From assembly GCA_963771885.1 (NCBI GenBank), contig CAVYVF010000023.1:608001-672000 (forward strand): DNA of 64,000 nt, given 5' to 3'. Position 1 is the first letter of the stretch. Each line of letters opens with the position of its first letter. Shown piece after piece: positions 28,274-39,883 of the stretch. This DNA comes from Candidatus Bathyarchaeota archaeon (GTDB lineage: Archaea > Thermoproteota > Bathyarchaeia > TCS64). The position numbers were made by a program, and so were the translations under genes. The notes below the pieces were generated by a model. The model saw only the letters and a list, made by a program, of their open reading frames with translations. It did no database searches and was not told the origin of the DNA.

Positions 28274-31200
28274 ATGCTTCTCGCAGAGGAAAACAATTGG
28301 GACCTCATGAAGACCTTCTTCGCAGACGAGGGTCTCGTGAAGCAGCACCTCGACAGCTACAACGAGTTTGTCGAGAGGACGCTGCAGCAGATCATCGATG
28401 AGATAGGTGGCATCACGATAGAGGTGCCGAACCACACATACGAGATCAAGTTCGGCAGCATAGAGGTTGGCGACCCCGTCATCACCGAGGTCGACGGGAC
28501 GCAGCGCCCCGTCTACCCACGCGAGGCGAGGATACGTAACCTCACCTACTCGGCGCCGCTCTACCTCGAAATCATGCTCGAAGACGAGGGCAAGGAGACC
28601 TACGAGAAGGTCAACATAGGTGACCTCCCGATAATGGTAAAGTCCAAGCTCTGCCTTCTGAGCCGCCACACCCCCGACGAGATAATGGCTCGCGGGGAAG
28701 ACCCTGAGGAGGTCGGAGGATACTTTATAATCAATGGTTCTGAGCGCGTCATCGTTAGCCTCGAAGACCTAGCGCCCAACCGCGTGCTCGTCGAGATCGA
28801 CGACCGTGGCACAAACCCAGTCTACAGGGGCAAGGTCTTCTCAACAACCGTTGGGTTCCGTGCGAGGATCGAGGCGAACCTTAAGGCGAAGGGCGAGATG
28901 AGCGTCACCATCCCTGGCGTCCCGGTGCCTGTACCCTATGTCGTCCTCATGAGGGCGTTAGGCGTAGAGACCGACAAGATGGTTGCCGACATGGTCAGCC
29001 TGGACACCAAGATACTCGCCGAGCTCGAGCCCAGCTTCCGCGAAGCAGGCAACGTCCACAACAGAGAGGACGCGGTGCTCTACATCGGTAACCGCGTAGC
29101 CTTCGGTCAGGTCAAGGAGTTCCGCATGAAGCGCGCCGAGGCAATCCTCGACCGAAACCTCCTCCCCCACATCGGTAGAGGGGCAGACCAACGTAAGGAC
29201 AAGGCCATCTTCCTCGGAGAGATGTGCGCACGCATCATCGAGCTCAAGCTACAGAAGCGGAAAGAGGACGACAAAGACCACCTCCGCAACAAGCGCATTA
29301 AGCTCGCGGGTCCTCTGCTTGCTGAGCTCTTCCGCAGCGCATTCTGGAGCCTCTACCGCGACATGAGGTACCAGTTCAGGCGGATGAGCACACGCCGCAA
29401 AGGCGTACTCATCAGCGCAGCCGTAAGACCAGGCATAATCACGAGCCGCATCCAACACGCCCTCGCCACTGGGAACTGGCGCAGAGGACGCGTCGGCATG
29501 ACGCAGCTTCTTGACCGCACAAATACGCTCAGCACACTCAGCCACCTACGTAGGCTGCAATCTCCACTCAGTAGGAGCCAGCCAAACTTCGAGGCACGTG
29601 ACCTTCACAGCACACACTGGGGCAGACTATGCCCGAACGAGACACCCGAAGGCGCTAACTGTGGGCTGGTAAAAAACCTCAGCCTAACAGCAAGCGTCTC
29701 CAGCGGCACCGACGCGGACAAGATCAAGCGCACCCTCGAGTTCATGGGAGTCGTCAAGGCAAAGGACGCCGACGATGTGCTCCGCCACGAGGGCGCCAAG
29801 ATATTCGTCGAAGGCTACCTCCTAGGCTACACCACGACGCCCCAGGAACTCGTCCAGAAGGTCAGGGACATGAGGCGCCGCAATGAGATGAGCGGTGAAG
29901 TAAACACCTGCTACTACAAAACCTACAACGAGATCTACGTCAACTGTGACGAGGGACGCATTAGGCGCCCGCTCATCGTCGTCAGCGAGGGCAAGAGCCT
30001 TCTAAAGCAGCGCCACGCCAGGCAGCTCCGCGAGGGGCGCTGGCAGTGGAGCGACCTGGTACGTGAGGGAATAATCGAGTACCTCGACGCCGAGGAGGAG
30101 GAGAACGCCTACGTCGCCATCGACCCCAACAACATCAACAACGACCATACACATCTCGAGATCTGCCCCTTCGCCATCCTGGGCGTAGTTGCCAGTATCA
30201 TCCCGTATCCAGAGCACAACCAATCACCCCGTAACACATACCAGGCAGCCATGGCCAAGCAGGCACCCGGCCTCTACGTACTCAACTACAGGGACCGTAG
30301 CGATACGCGCGGCCACCTCCTACATTATCCACAGAAACCCGCCGTAGGTACCAAACCGATGGAGGTCATCGGCTTCGACAAGAGGCCGAGCGGACAGAAC
30401 TACATCGTAGCAGTGCTGAGCAGCAGCGGCTACAACATGGAGGACGCTATTATCTTCAACAGGGCAGCCGTTGAGCGCGGCCTCGGCCACAGCAGCTTCT
30501 ACCGCATCTACAAGGCGGAGTGCAAACAGTACCTAGGCGGCGCTAAAGACAAGCTCGTCATCCCCGAGGAGGGCATACGCGGCTACCACGGCGCGGAGGC
30601 GTACCGCCAGCTAGAGCACGACGGTCTCATAGCCGACGAGTCCGAGGTAAAAGGCGGAGACATACTCATCGGCCGCACAAGCCCCCCCAGGTTCATGGAG
30701 GAGTACGGCGGCCTAGAGGTCAGAGGACCGCAGCTCCGCGACACCGTCGATCGGCGTACGCCCCACCGAGGAGGGCACCGTAGACGGTGTCTTCATCACC
30801 AAGGACATCGAGGGCAGCCAGCTAGTGAAGGTCAAGGTCAGAAGCAACCGCGTCCCAGAACTCGGCGACAAGTTCGTCAGCCGTCACGGCCAGAAGGGAG
30901 TCATCGGTATGCTCGTAGCACCCGAAGACATGCCTTTCAGCGTCCACGGTACCATCCCAGACATCATCATCAACCCACACGCCTTCCCAAGCCGCATGAC
31001 CGTTGGTCAGTTCATGGAAAGCCTCGCCGGTAAGACCGGAAGCCTCCGCGGCGAGCCGGTCGATGGCACGCCCTTCGACAACGAGGACGCTAAGAGCCTC
31101 GCTGAGTCGCTCATCAAGATGGGCTACCACCCAGGTGGCAAGGAGATCATGTACGACGGCCAGAGCGGACGCATGTTCGAGGCCGACGTATTCGTCGGAG

Positions 31201-31604
31201 TCGTCTACTACCAGAAGCTACACCACATGGTCGTCGACAAGATACACGCACGCGCACGTGGGCAGGTACAGATGCTCACCCGCCAACCCACCGAAGGCCG
31301 CGCAAGAGGCGGAGGCCTCAGGTTCGGAGAGATGGAGCGCGACTGCCTAGTAGGCCACGGTGCCGCCATGCTTCTCAAGGATAGGCTCCTCGAAGAGTCG
31401 GACGCCTACAGCATCTACGTCTGCGAGAAGTGTGGAAAGCAAGCATACTACGACATACGCCAGCGCAAGTACGTCTGCCCAATCTGCGAGAGCAAGGGCG
31501 AGATTGAACCCGTCACCATAAGCTATGCATTCAAACTACTGCTGCAGGAGATGCAGAGTCTCTGCCTATCCCCAAGCCTCCAGCTAACCAAGGAGTTCGA
31601 GTAA
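28274..31604 (+). CDS. rpoB: RNA polymerase subunit B, unsplit (+1 indel near 30745)
   Basis: QHLDSYNEF, GGYFIINGSERV, ETPEG.NCGL, GDKF.SRHGQKG and GGLRFGEMERD; the two ORFs join after removing one base. Confidence 0.97.
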
Positions 31605-31605
31605 A

Positions 31606-34600
31606 ATGAGCAAGATCATCGACAGCATCAAGTTCGGCCTGCTGCCACCCGACGAGGTCAGGAAGCTCAGCGCCGTCGAGATTCAGACGAGCGACACATA
31701 CGACGAAGACGGCGCGCCTATCGCGGGGGGTCTCATGGACCACCGCCTGGGCACTCTCGAGCCCCGCCAGCGCTGCCAGACCTGTGGAAACATCGCACTA
31801 AACTGCCCAGGCCACTTCGGCCACATCGAACTAGCGGTACCAGTAATACACGTAGAATTCGCTAAGCAGATCTACAGGCTGCTCACCGCCACATGCAGGG
31901 GATGCGGGCGCATACTCCTCCCTGACGAGGGCAACGAGAGCATAACGTCCTTCCAGAGAAAGAGGGAGGAGGACCTCAAACTCTTCGGCAAGGTCACCGA
32001 CGACACGATCAACGACATACTAAAGGTTGCGAAGAAGTACAAGCGCGGCAAGGAGTGCCCACACTGCGGTATGCCGCAGACGAACGTCACGCTTCGCCAA
32101 GCCCACAACCTTCTTCGAGTCAGAGTCAGCTGAAGAGGAGGAAGAAGTCGTGGTCGGTGTTGAGGGCGCAGGCGCCATCGCCGTCGAGGGCGAGGAGGCC
32201 GCCAGTAGGCTCACCGCCAACATGATCAGGGAGTGGTTCGAAAGGATACCCGACGATGACCTACGCCTCGTGGACTTCGAGCCAGAGGTCGCACGCCCGG
32301 AGTGGATGGTGCTACAGGTTCTCCCCGTCCCACCAGTGGACGTTAGGCCTAGCATCATCCTTGAATCCGGCATCAGGGCAGAGGACGATCTCACCCATAA
32401 GCTCGTAGACATCATCAGGATCAACCAGCGTCTCCGCGAGAACATCGACGCAGGCGCACCGACCCTCATCATCGAGGACCTATCGGAGCTCCTCCAGTAC
32501 CACGTCACAACCTACTTCAACAACGAGGTTTCCGGCATCCCACCCGCCCGCCACAGAAGCGGCAGGACCCTCAAGAGCCTCGCCCAACGCCTCAAGGGCA
32601 AAGAGGGCAGGTTCAGGGGTAACCTATCCGGTAAGCGTGTAGACTACAGCGCACGCACGGTCATCAGCCCAGACCCGAACCTCGACATCAACGAGGTCGG
32701 TGTACCCGTCGCGATCGCAGTCAGGCTCACTGTCCCCGACGTAGTCACGCCGAGGAACCTCGACGAGATGAAGAGGCTCGTACTGAACGGACCATACAAG
32801 CACCCAGGCGCCCTCTACGTTGTGCGCCCGGACCAGAAGAGGATCAGGCTCGAGTTCGTGCAAGATAGGCACGGCATAGCCGACACCCTCGAGTCAGGCT
32901 TCGTCATCGAGCGCCACCTCAAGGACGGCGACATCGCCCTCTTCAACAGGCAGCCCTCGCTGCATAGGATGAGCATCATGGCCCACAGGGTCAGGGTACT
33001 CCCCTTCAAGACCTTCCGCATGCACCTCGCGGTCTGCCCGCCCTACAACGCGGACTTCGACGGGGACGAGATGAACCTACACATCCCCCAGAGCAAGGAG
33101 GCGCAGACTGAGGCACGCATGCTCATGCAGGTACAGGACCAGATCCTCAGCCCACGCTACGGCGCACCAATCATCGGTGCAACCAAGGACTTCATCAGCG
33201 GAGCCTACCTGCTCACCCGTAAGGAGACACTCCTCACGGCGAAGGAGGTCGGCAAGCTCCTCGCACATGCCAACTACGTTGGCGAGATACCCACGCCAAT
33301 AATCGAGAAGCCCGTGAAGCAGTGGAGCGGGAAGCAGGTCTTCAGCCTCTTCCTCCCCAAGGACTTCAGCTTCGTCAGCCGCGCCAACGTCTGCCGCCAC
33401 TGCCCGACGTGCGACAAGGAGGCGTGCCAATACGACTCATACGTCCTCATCCAGGGCGGAGAGCTTCTCAACGGCGTCATCGATAAGAACAGCATCGGAG
33501 CAGAGCGCGCCGAAACCATCTTCCACCGCATCATCAAGGACTACGGCACCGACATCGGACACGACTTCCTAAACAACATCACGCGCCTCATCAACGGCTT
33601 CCTCACAATACGCGGCTTCAGCTACAGCTACGACGAGCTAAACATCGCCGAGAAGGAGCGCAACACCATCAACTCCGTCATGAGAAGAATGGAGAAGAGT
33701 GTTGAAAACCTCATAGACCAGGCTGAGACAGGCCAACTCGAGCGTCTCCCCGGGCAGACGATGACCGAGACCTTCGAGATCAAGGTCATGAATGAACTCG
33801 CCCAAGCCCGTGATAAGGCGGGTGAAACAGTCGAGCAGGGGCTGGGAATGGGCAACTCGGGCATCATCATGACCCGTAGCGGAGCCCGCGGCTCAAGCCT
33901 CAACATCGGCCAGATGATGGGCAGCGTAGGACAGCAGTCTATTCGTGGCAAGCGCATCATGAGGGGTTACGAGAACCGCACGCTGCCTCACTTTAAGGAT
34001 GGGGACCCGACGCCCCAGGCAAGAGGATTCGTCTACAACTGCTACCGCGACGGCCTCACGCCTCTGGAGTACTTCTTCCACAGCATGGGCGGCCGCGAGG
34101 GGCTGGTCGACACGGCTGTACGCACTCAGCAGAGCGGGTACATGCAGCGCCGCCTCATCAACGCCCTCGAGCACCTTCGCGTCGAATACGACGGCACTGT
34201 CCGCAACAGCATAGGCGACATCATCCAATTCCAATACGGAGAGGACGGTATCGACCCGAGCAAGAGCGACCACGGCAAGGCCGTAAACGTCGTCCAGCTC
34301 ATCGACCGCGCCAAACTAACCGAGAAGAAGGGCACAGCCGCCTCCGACGACTACGTGGAGAAGAAAATCGACCAACTAACCATACTGCCGCAGAGCCTCA
34401 TAATCGAGTTGAAGGCGCAGCTCAAAGCATCCGGACTCACGAAGGCGGGCGTCGACCGCCTCATAGACTCGGCGATGAAGAACTACGACTACAGCCTCGT
34501 CGAACCGGGCGAGGCCGTCGGCATACTCGCCGCCCAGAGCATAGGCGAGCCCGGCACGCAGATGACGCTCCGTACATTCCACTACGCAGGTGTCGCTGAG

Positions 34601-35485
34601 CAGAACGTAACACTCGGCCTCCCACGTCTCATCGAGATCGTCGACGCAAGGAGGACCCCATCGACGCCAGTCATGGAGATCTGCCTCGACGCAAAGCACA
34701 GGAAGAGCGAGAAGCTCGCACGCGAGGTCGCTCAGAAGCTAACCTACACTACACTCGACGACGTCGTCAGCGGGGTCAACGTCGACTTCAACGCCAATGT
34801 CGTGCGCATCGAGATCAACGCGGCGCAGCTCGAGGCCCTCAGCGTCTCTGAGAAGGAAATCGAGGACGCATTCCCGACGAAGTTCGAGAAGGAAGGCGAC
34901 CTCATCTACACCGTCAGCCTCGACGAGGAGAAGAGCGGCAACCCCGAGGTCCTAACTCATACCATCGGATCCGCGAAGATCAGGGGCATCCTCGAGATCA
35001 AGCGTGTCCTCACCCTCCAGGAGGGCGGCGAGTGGATAATCAGGACTGATGGCAGCAACCTCGAGGAGGTCATTAAGATAGACGGCGTCGACGCCATGAG
35101 GACCACTACGAACAACATACACGAGATAGCGGAGATATTCGGCATCGAGGCGGCGCGCAACGCCCTCATCAAGGAGGCCCACAACGTACTCGAGGAGCAG
35201 GGCCTAGACGTCGACATAAGGCACGTCATGCTCGTCTCCGACATCATGACCAAGATGGGCGAGGTGCAGCAGATTGGTCGCCACGGCATCAGCGGCGAGA
35301 AGAGCAGTGTCCTAGCGAGGGCGGCCTTCGAGCTCACGATACAGCACCTCGTATCCGCGGCAATCCGCGGAGAAATCGATCCGCTTAAAGGCGTGATCGA
35401 GAACATCATCGTCGGACAGTCGATGCCGCTCGGAACGGGCAGCGTCGAGCTGTTCATGACAATGGGTGGTAAACGCGATGAGTAG
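31606..35485 (+). CDS. rpoA: RNA polymerase subunit A, fused A'/A'' (+1 indel near 32092)
   Basis: CPGHFGHIEL and NADFDGD catalytic motif, then the A'' portion (AQSIGEPGTQMTLRTFH) in the same frame. Confidence 0.97.
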
Positions 35486-35790
35486 CATAGACCAAGAGCT
35501 GAGACTCGCACTCTCCACCGGCAAGGTCCAAGTAGGATCAAAGGTTGCCGTCAGGGAGCTGCGCAGAGGAAGAGCAAAGCTGGCGATAGTCAGCAGCAAC
35601 TGTCCCCGCGAGGCGAGGGAGACAATCGTAAATTATGGGAAGCTCGGGGAGGTTCCCCTCATGGAGCATCCCAAGGACAGCGTAGACCTAGGAACGCTCT
35701 GTGGAAAGCCGTTTCCGGTCAGCGCCATGGTCATCCTTGAGCCGGGAGACTGCCAAGATCCTCGAATTGGTGAAGAAGAAAGATGCTTAG
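35478..35790 (+). CDS. rpl30e: 50S ribosomal protein L30e (+1 indel near 35752)
   Basis: TGKVQVGS, NCP and LGTLCGKPF motifs; corrected end PGDSKILELVKKKDA*. Confidence 0.93.
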
Positions 35791-36214
35791 CAACGTCAAG
35801 ATAACGGAGAACGAGATGAAGTTCATCCAGTTGCTCCAGAACATGACGGGGGCGACTGTGGTGGACTGCATTATCGAGGAGGAGAGCCTCATCTTCACCG
35901 TTAAGAAGGGTGAGGTTGGCTTGGCTGTCGGCAAGGGCGGGGAGAAGATCAAGCGGTTCCGCGCCATGACTAACAAGCAGGTTGAGATCTTCGAGTACAT
36001 GGAGGACCCTGACAAGTTCTTGAGGAATGCCCTGAAGCCGGCGCAGGTGAAGGACATACGCCTTATCGACAGGATGGACGGCCACAAGATCGCTATGGTG
36101 ACTGTCGACCCCCACGACAAGGGGATAGCCATCGGTAAGAACGGCGAGAACATAAAGAAGATACGCTTCCTAGCGAAGCGCTACTTCAGCCTCGAGAACG
36201 TCGTAGTCAACTAA
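35783..36214 (+). CDS. nusA: Archaeal transcription elongation factor NusA
   Basis: Two KH GxxG motifs (AVGKGGE, AIGKNGE); follows L30e. Confidence 0.95.
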   Translation: MLSNVKITENEMKFIQLLQNMTGATVVDCIIEEESLIFTVKKGEVGLAVGKGGEKIKRFRAMTNKQVEIFEYMEDPDKFLRNALKPAQVKDIRLIDRMDGHKIAMVTVDPHDKGIAIGKNGENIKKIRFLAKRYFSLENVVVN

Positions 36215-37249
36215 GGCTCGTATATTTCTTCTCTTGTCATGATGGGGAAATCCTTCTTTTCAGCCATTTGCGTTAGTTGTTCAATGGTGTATCTGCCGGG
36301 TTTCTCGCCATTCTTGGCCATGTTCTCGGCGACGTGCCACAGCGTCTCGTTGTAGGGGCACGGGATGCCGAGGGCTCGACCCATCTTGACGACATCGCCA
36401 TTTATTGCCTCAGCCTCGGTGTTGCCGGTGCCCCTGACCATGCTCTGCCAGGTTGAGCTGCGTTTCACATCGGCGCCCTGGTAGTCCTTTGGCATCTTGT
36501 TGGTGCCACGTATAGCCTTGACTCGTGCCTCGAATTCGTGAAGGTCCTCCCACTCTACTCCCGCTTGCCTCCAGACGGTCTCGGCTTCGGTCCTGACTGC
36601 GCGGTTGTATGCGTTAGCGTCTCCCCGCGCGTCTGTTATCGCCTCGAGTGCGTTGTTCAGGTTTATGAGTGTCTTGGCGGCCTTGGCACGCATGACGTTG
36701 TGTGTTGGATTTTGAAGCGAAGCCCGCTTCGAGGAGGGCTGAGACTATTCTAGTTACTAGTTCGTCTGTGCCGCTGGGGTAGCGCCCGACCTCTATGAAG
36801 CCGCCGTTGCCGGTGATTGGGTGGATTACCTCGCCGGGTGTGAGGAATATGGCTGGCATGTTAATCATGGCGCCGTATACTTTGTCGAAGACCCGGGTCG
36901 TGTAGGGCTCGTTAATTATGGAGTTCTGGGCGCAGACTATGGGGAGGCTTCTCGGGGCGCCAGCGTTCTTGAGCTGGCCGATGCACGTGGCGGTGTGCTG
37001 GCTCTTAGAGGTGAGTAAGACGACGTCGTCTCCGCGGAACGGCGCTAGCTCTGACGCCTCCTTGAACGCCGGAATCTTGAGGATGTAGGTCTCGTCGGGG
37101 GTCAGTAGCCTGAGACCCGACTCCCTGATCTTCTCGACGTGTCTAGGACTACCGACTAGGACCGCGTCGTGCCCTGTTCTGAATAGATGCCCGGCGATGG
37201 AGCTGCCGATGCCTCCAGCTGCATAGACGATGAAGCGCATGCTTGTCAT
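36211..37249 (-). CDS. Ketopantoate reductase family protein (indel near 36698)
   Basis: Rossmann YAAGGIGS, KSQHT, AQN, KTLINLNN, SSTWQS and EAEAING motifs across two frames. Confidence 0.85.
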
Positions 37250-37459
37250 TGTATGAGTTATAATGTGACGTATAAACGGGGATGAGCGCGAGATTCTAAT
37301 AGTCACAATTTAGCCCTGATATCCCTTGCGCGCACGCTCATCTACCTTTTCCCAAATTTCACCTCCAGTTACTACATCCATGGATCACGCGCTAGGGAAT
37401 GCTAGGTGCGCTCAAACACTCCGGTAAATGCCGTTCGAAGTAGTCGATATAGAAAAGCA

Positions 37460-37656
37460 TCAGTCCCCGGTGATCTGTTTTGTTTTCGGTCTTCCGGGCT
37501 TCGGCTTGATCAGCCGATCCAGACACCTCACTACTATCGTGGCTTGCTCAAGCTGCTCCCGTTTCTCGTTGAGCTGCTTCAGGCGAAGAATAAGGCCGTG
37601 GGCGACTGGGATCTCCTCCTCGGTGAGGCGGGTCTGCGTATCTTCAATGGTACCAA
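37460..37656 (-). CDS. Small hypothetical protein (~65 aa) with a C-terminal KPGRPK motif
   Basis: Open frame IEDTQTRLTEEEIPVAHGLILRLKQLNEKREQLEQATIVVRCLDRLIKPKPGRPKTKQITGD*; GGAG just upstream; start requires TTG plus one missing base, or an ATT start. Confidence 0.55.
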
Positions 37657-37751
37657 TTTCTCCACGTGTTTGGTTGCGCCGCTAGTGCTAAGAATTGTGG
37701 ATAGGTTAGGTAGTGCACGCGAAAGTATCACTTCCGGGGACTCAGCATGTT

Positions 37752-37817
37752 TGGTATCAGGAAGGTATATGAGGAGTATCATTTTGGTATCTATGACGTA
37801 TCTGTAAGGTATCAGTT
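37752..37817. repeat. Six 11-bp-period degenerate direct repeats with core GTATC
   Basis: Cores start at 37754, 37765, 37776, 37787, 37798 and 37809: TGGTATCAGGA/AGGTATATGAG/GAGTATCATTT/TGGTATCTATG/ACGTATCTGTA/AGGTATCAGTT. Confidence 0.8.
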
Positions 37818-38270
37818 GGTCCAAAATATGGGCTGAAAGAGCATGCTAGCTACTGTAGGGAGGTATGGCCATATTGAGTACTTTTGCAGGAATCGTCCAT
37901 GGTTAATAGAGGGTGAAGATACCGAAGGTACACTGCAGATGCCTTTTGAGCATGAGTTGATCCCTGAGTATTCGATTCTGATACCTTGTTTTGACGAGGC
38001 TTAAACACTTTAAGCGTATAGCGTCGCATCTTTGATCGTCCATGATACTCCCTCTAATCAAGGAGCTGGGAGAGCTCTCGAGGGCGCCCAAGATTGCTGA
38101 GGCGCAGAGGGAAAAGGCAAGGCTTGATTCGAAACTGCGGGGATACGGGTTTACGATTCACGATTGCTTCGTGTTGTTCCGAGGCAGGTGTCCGAGATTT
38201 CAATCAAGAGGAACACTGTGTGTGTGGGGGTAAAGACTTTACCCCCTCGATATATATAGAAGGCATTGGC

Positions 38271-39428
38271 ATGACCACTATCAAACCGACCGGTGGACAA
38301 GGGCGCGACCGCTTAGAACACCGGCTCTGGCTCGAGCAACAGATGCGAGGCTGGAGAAAATATACTAACATGACGATGCATGAGTCGGACGTCCAGCCGA
38401 TGAAGATGAGTGAGGTCCTAGCCCTCGCCGATGAAGAGCTTCGGAGTGATTGGGAGAACCTCACACTCAAGTACACTGAGACGAACGGCGGCACAAAGCT
38501 GCGCACGGAGATAGCCAAGCTCTACAAAGACGTCGATCCAAACCAGGTAATAGTCTTCGCTGGCGCCGACGAGGCGATCTGGGTCTTCTTCACCGCCATG
38601 CTCAAGCCAAGCGACCACGTCGTCGTACTATGGCCCGCTTACGAGGCACTCTACCAACTAGCAAGACTTGCCGGAGCTGAGGTCACGCTTGTACCCCTTG
38701 AGCCAGACAGTTGGCGTGTCGACGTGGACGCAGTTGCCAAAGCAATGCGACCAAACACCAAATTCCTAGTCACCAACTTCCCCCACAACCCAACTGGCTC
38801 GACCGTCGACCAAGCCACCTACAAGGCGCTTATCAACCTCTGCCACGAGAAAGGCGTAACCTTCGTCGGGGACGAAGTCTACCACCTCCTCGAGCACAAG
38901 CCCGAGTACCGTCTCCCACCCGCCGTGGACGCCGACGAGACCGCCGTGAGCTTCGGAGTCATGTCAAAAGCCTACGCACTCTCAGGACTCAGAATAGGCT
39001 GGATTACAATCAAGGAACCGACCCTGCTTAAGAAGCTCGACGAGATGAACGGCCTCGCCACCCCATGTAAGCCAGCGCCCAGCGAACTACTCGCCACCAT
39101 GGCGCTCCGCTCCAGAGACAAGGTCCTCGCCCGCAGCCACAAGATAATCGAGGACAACATGCCCCTCATGGAGGAGTTCTTCGAGGACTACGGCGACCAC
39201 TTCAGATGGGTACACCCTAAAGGTTCCACTGTAGGCTTCCCCGAGCTCATCGGGATGAACGTCGAAAAGTTCACGGAAGAATACGCGAAGCAGGAGCACG
39301 TAATGGTCTGGCCAGGGATGATCTTCAACTACCCGGGGAACAACTTCCGCATAAGCTACGGGCGGACATGGGTCCCCGAGGGGCTACGCCGCCTCAGGCA
39401 CTTCGCCGACAAGAACCTCAAGCCCTAG
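38271..39428 (+). CDS. PLP-dependent aminotransferase class I/II
   Basis: NFPHNPTG, DEVY and SKAYALSGLRIGW (PLP lysine) motifs. Confidence 0.92.
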   Translation: MTTIKPTGGQGRDRLEHRLWLEQQMRGWRKYTNMTMHESDVQPMKMSEVLALADEELRSDWENLTLKYTETNGGTKLRTEIAKLYKDVDPNQVIVFAGADEAIWVFFTAMLKPSDHVVVLWPAYEALYQLARLAGAEVTLVPLEPDSWRVDVDAVAKAMRPNTKFLVTNFPHNPTGSTVDQATYKALINLCHEKGVTFVGDEVYHLLEHKPEYRLPPAVDADETAVSFGVMSKAYALSGLRIGWITIKEPTLLKKLDEMNGLATPCKPAPSELLATMALRSRDKVLARSHKIIEDNMPLMEEFFEDYGDHFRWVHPKGSTVGFPELIGMNVEKFTEEYAKQEHVMVWPGMIFNYPGNNFRISYGRTWVPEGLRRLRHFADKNLKP

Positions 39429-39810
39429 GCTTGTAGGCGACAGCCTCTATCTCTACTAGAATCTCATCCATGACTAGCTTCGTAACGATGGTCGACCTCG
39501 CCGGCGTCGGTCCCTCAAAGAAGGTCATATAGACTTCGTTCATCTTCTCATAGTAGTCAATGTCGGCGATGAAGACCGTCGCCTTCACAATATCATCCAT
39601 GGTGGCGCCGGCTGCAGCCAGCGTTTTTCGGAGATCGGCGAGCGTCGCCCTCGTCTGGTCCTCGATAGTGGTCAGCTCCCGCCCCTGCTCGTCCTCGAGC
39701 CCAATATGACCACATGTATAGATGAAGTCGCCAGCACGGACCGCCGGGTTATAGTGCGCGTCCGCTGGATAATCGAGCCTTATCGTCTCTTTACGATTCA
39801 TGACCCGCAT
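39418..39810 (-). CDS. RidA/YjgF family enamine deaminase
   Basis: YNPAVRAGDFIY, MNEVY..FF...PARS and VEIEAVA motifs. Confidence 0.92.
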   Translation of the reverse strand: MRVMNRKETIRLDYPADAHYNPAVRAGDFIYTCGHIGLEDEQGRELTTIEDQTRATLADLRKTLAAAGATMDDIVKATVFIADIDYYEKMNEVYMTFFEGPTPARSTIVTKLVMDEILVEIEAVAYKPRA

Positions 39811-39883
39811 CTACCCATGTATCTATAATAAACCCTGTGGGGGAAGCCTTTTCACAGCCGAAACACAGTGGAGGCTGATAGGT

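Noticed and set aside
28259..31604. Apparently split rpoB (B''/B')
   Set aside because: The break lies far from the canonical euryarchaeal split point and is bridged by a single extra base, so it is a likely sequencing error.
30740..32100. Programmed ribosomal frameshifting in RNAP genes
   Set aside because: There is no slippery heptamer or shared signal, and similar indels are scattered through unrelated genes.
37752..37817. CRISPR array
   Set aside because: The period is 11 bp with a 5-bp core, far too short for repeat-spacer units, and no cas genes are present.
37747..38004. ORF with in-frame TGA at 37834 suggesting selenocysteine readthrough
   Set aside because: The 5' half merely reads through the 11-bp repeat array; there is no redox motif around the TGA and no SECIS-like element was recognised.
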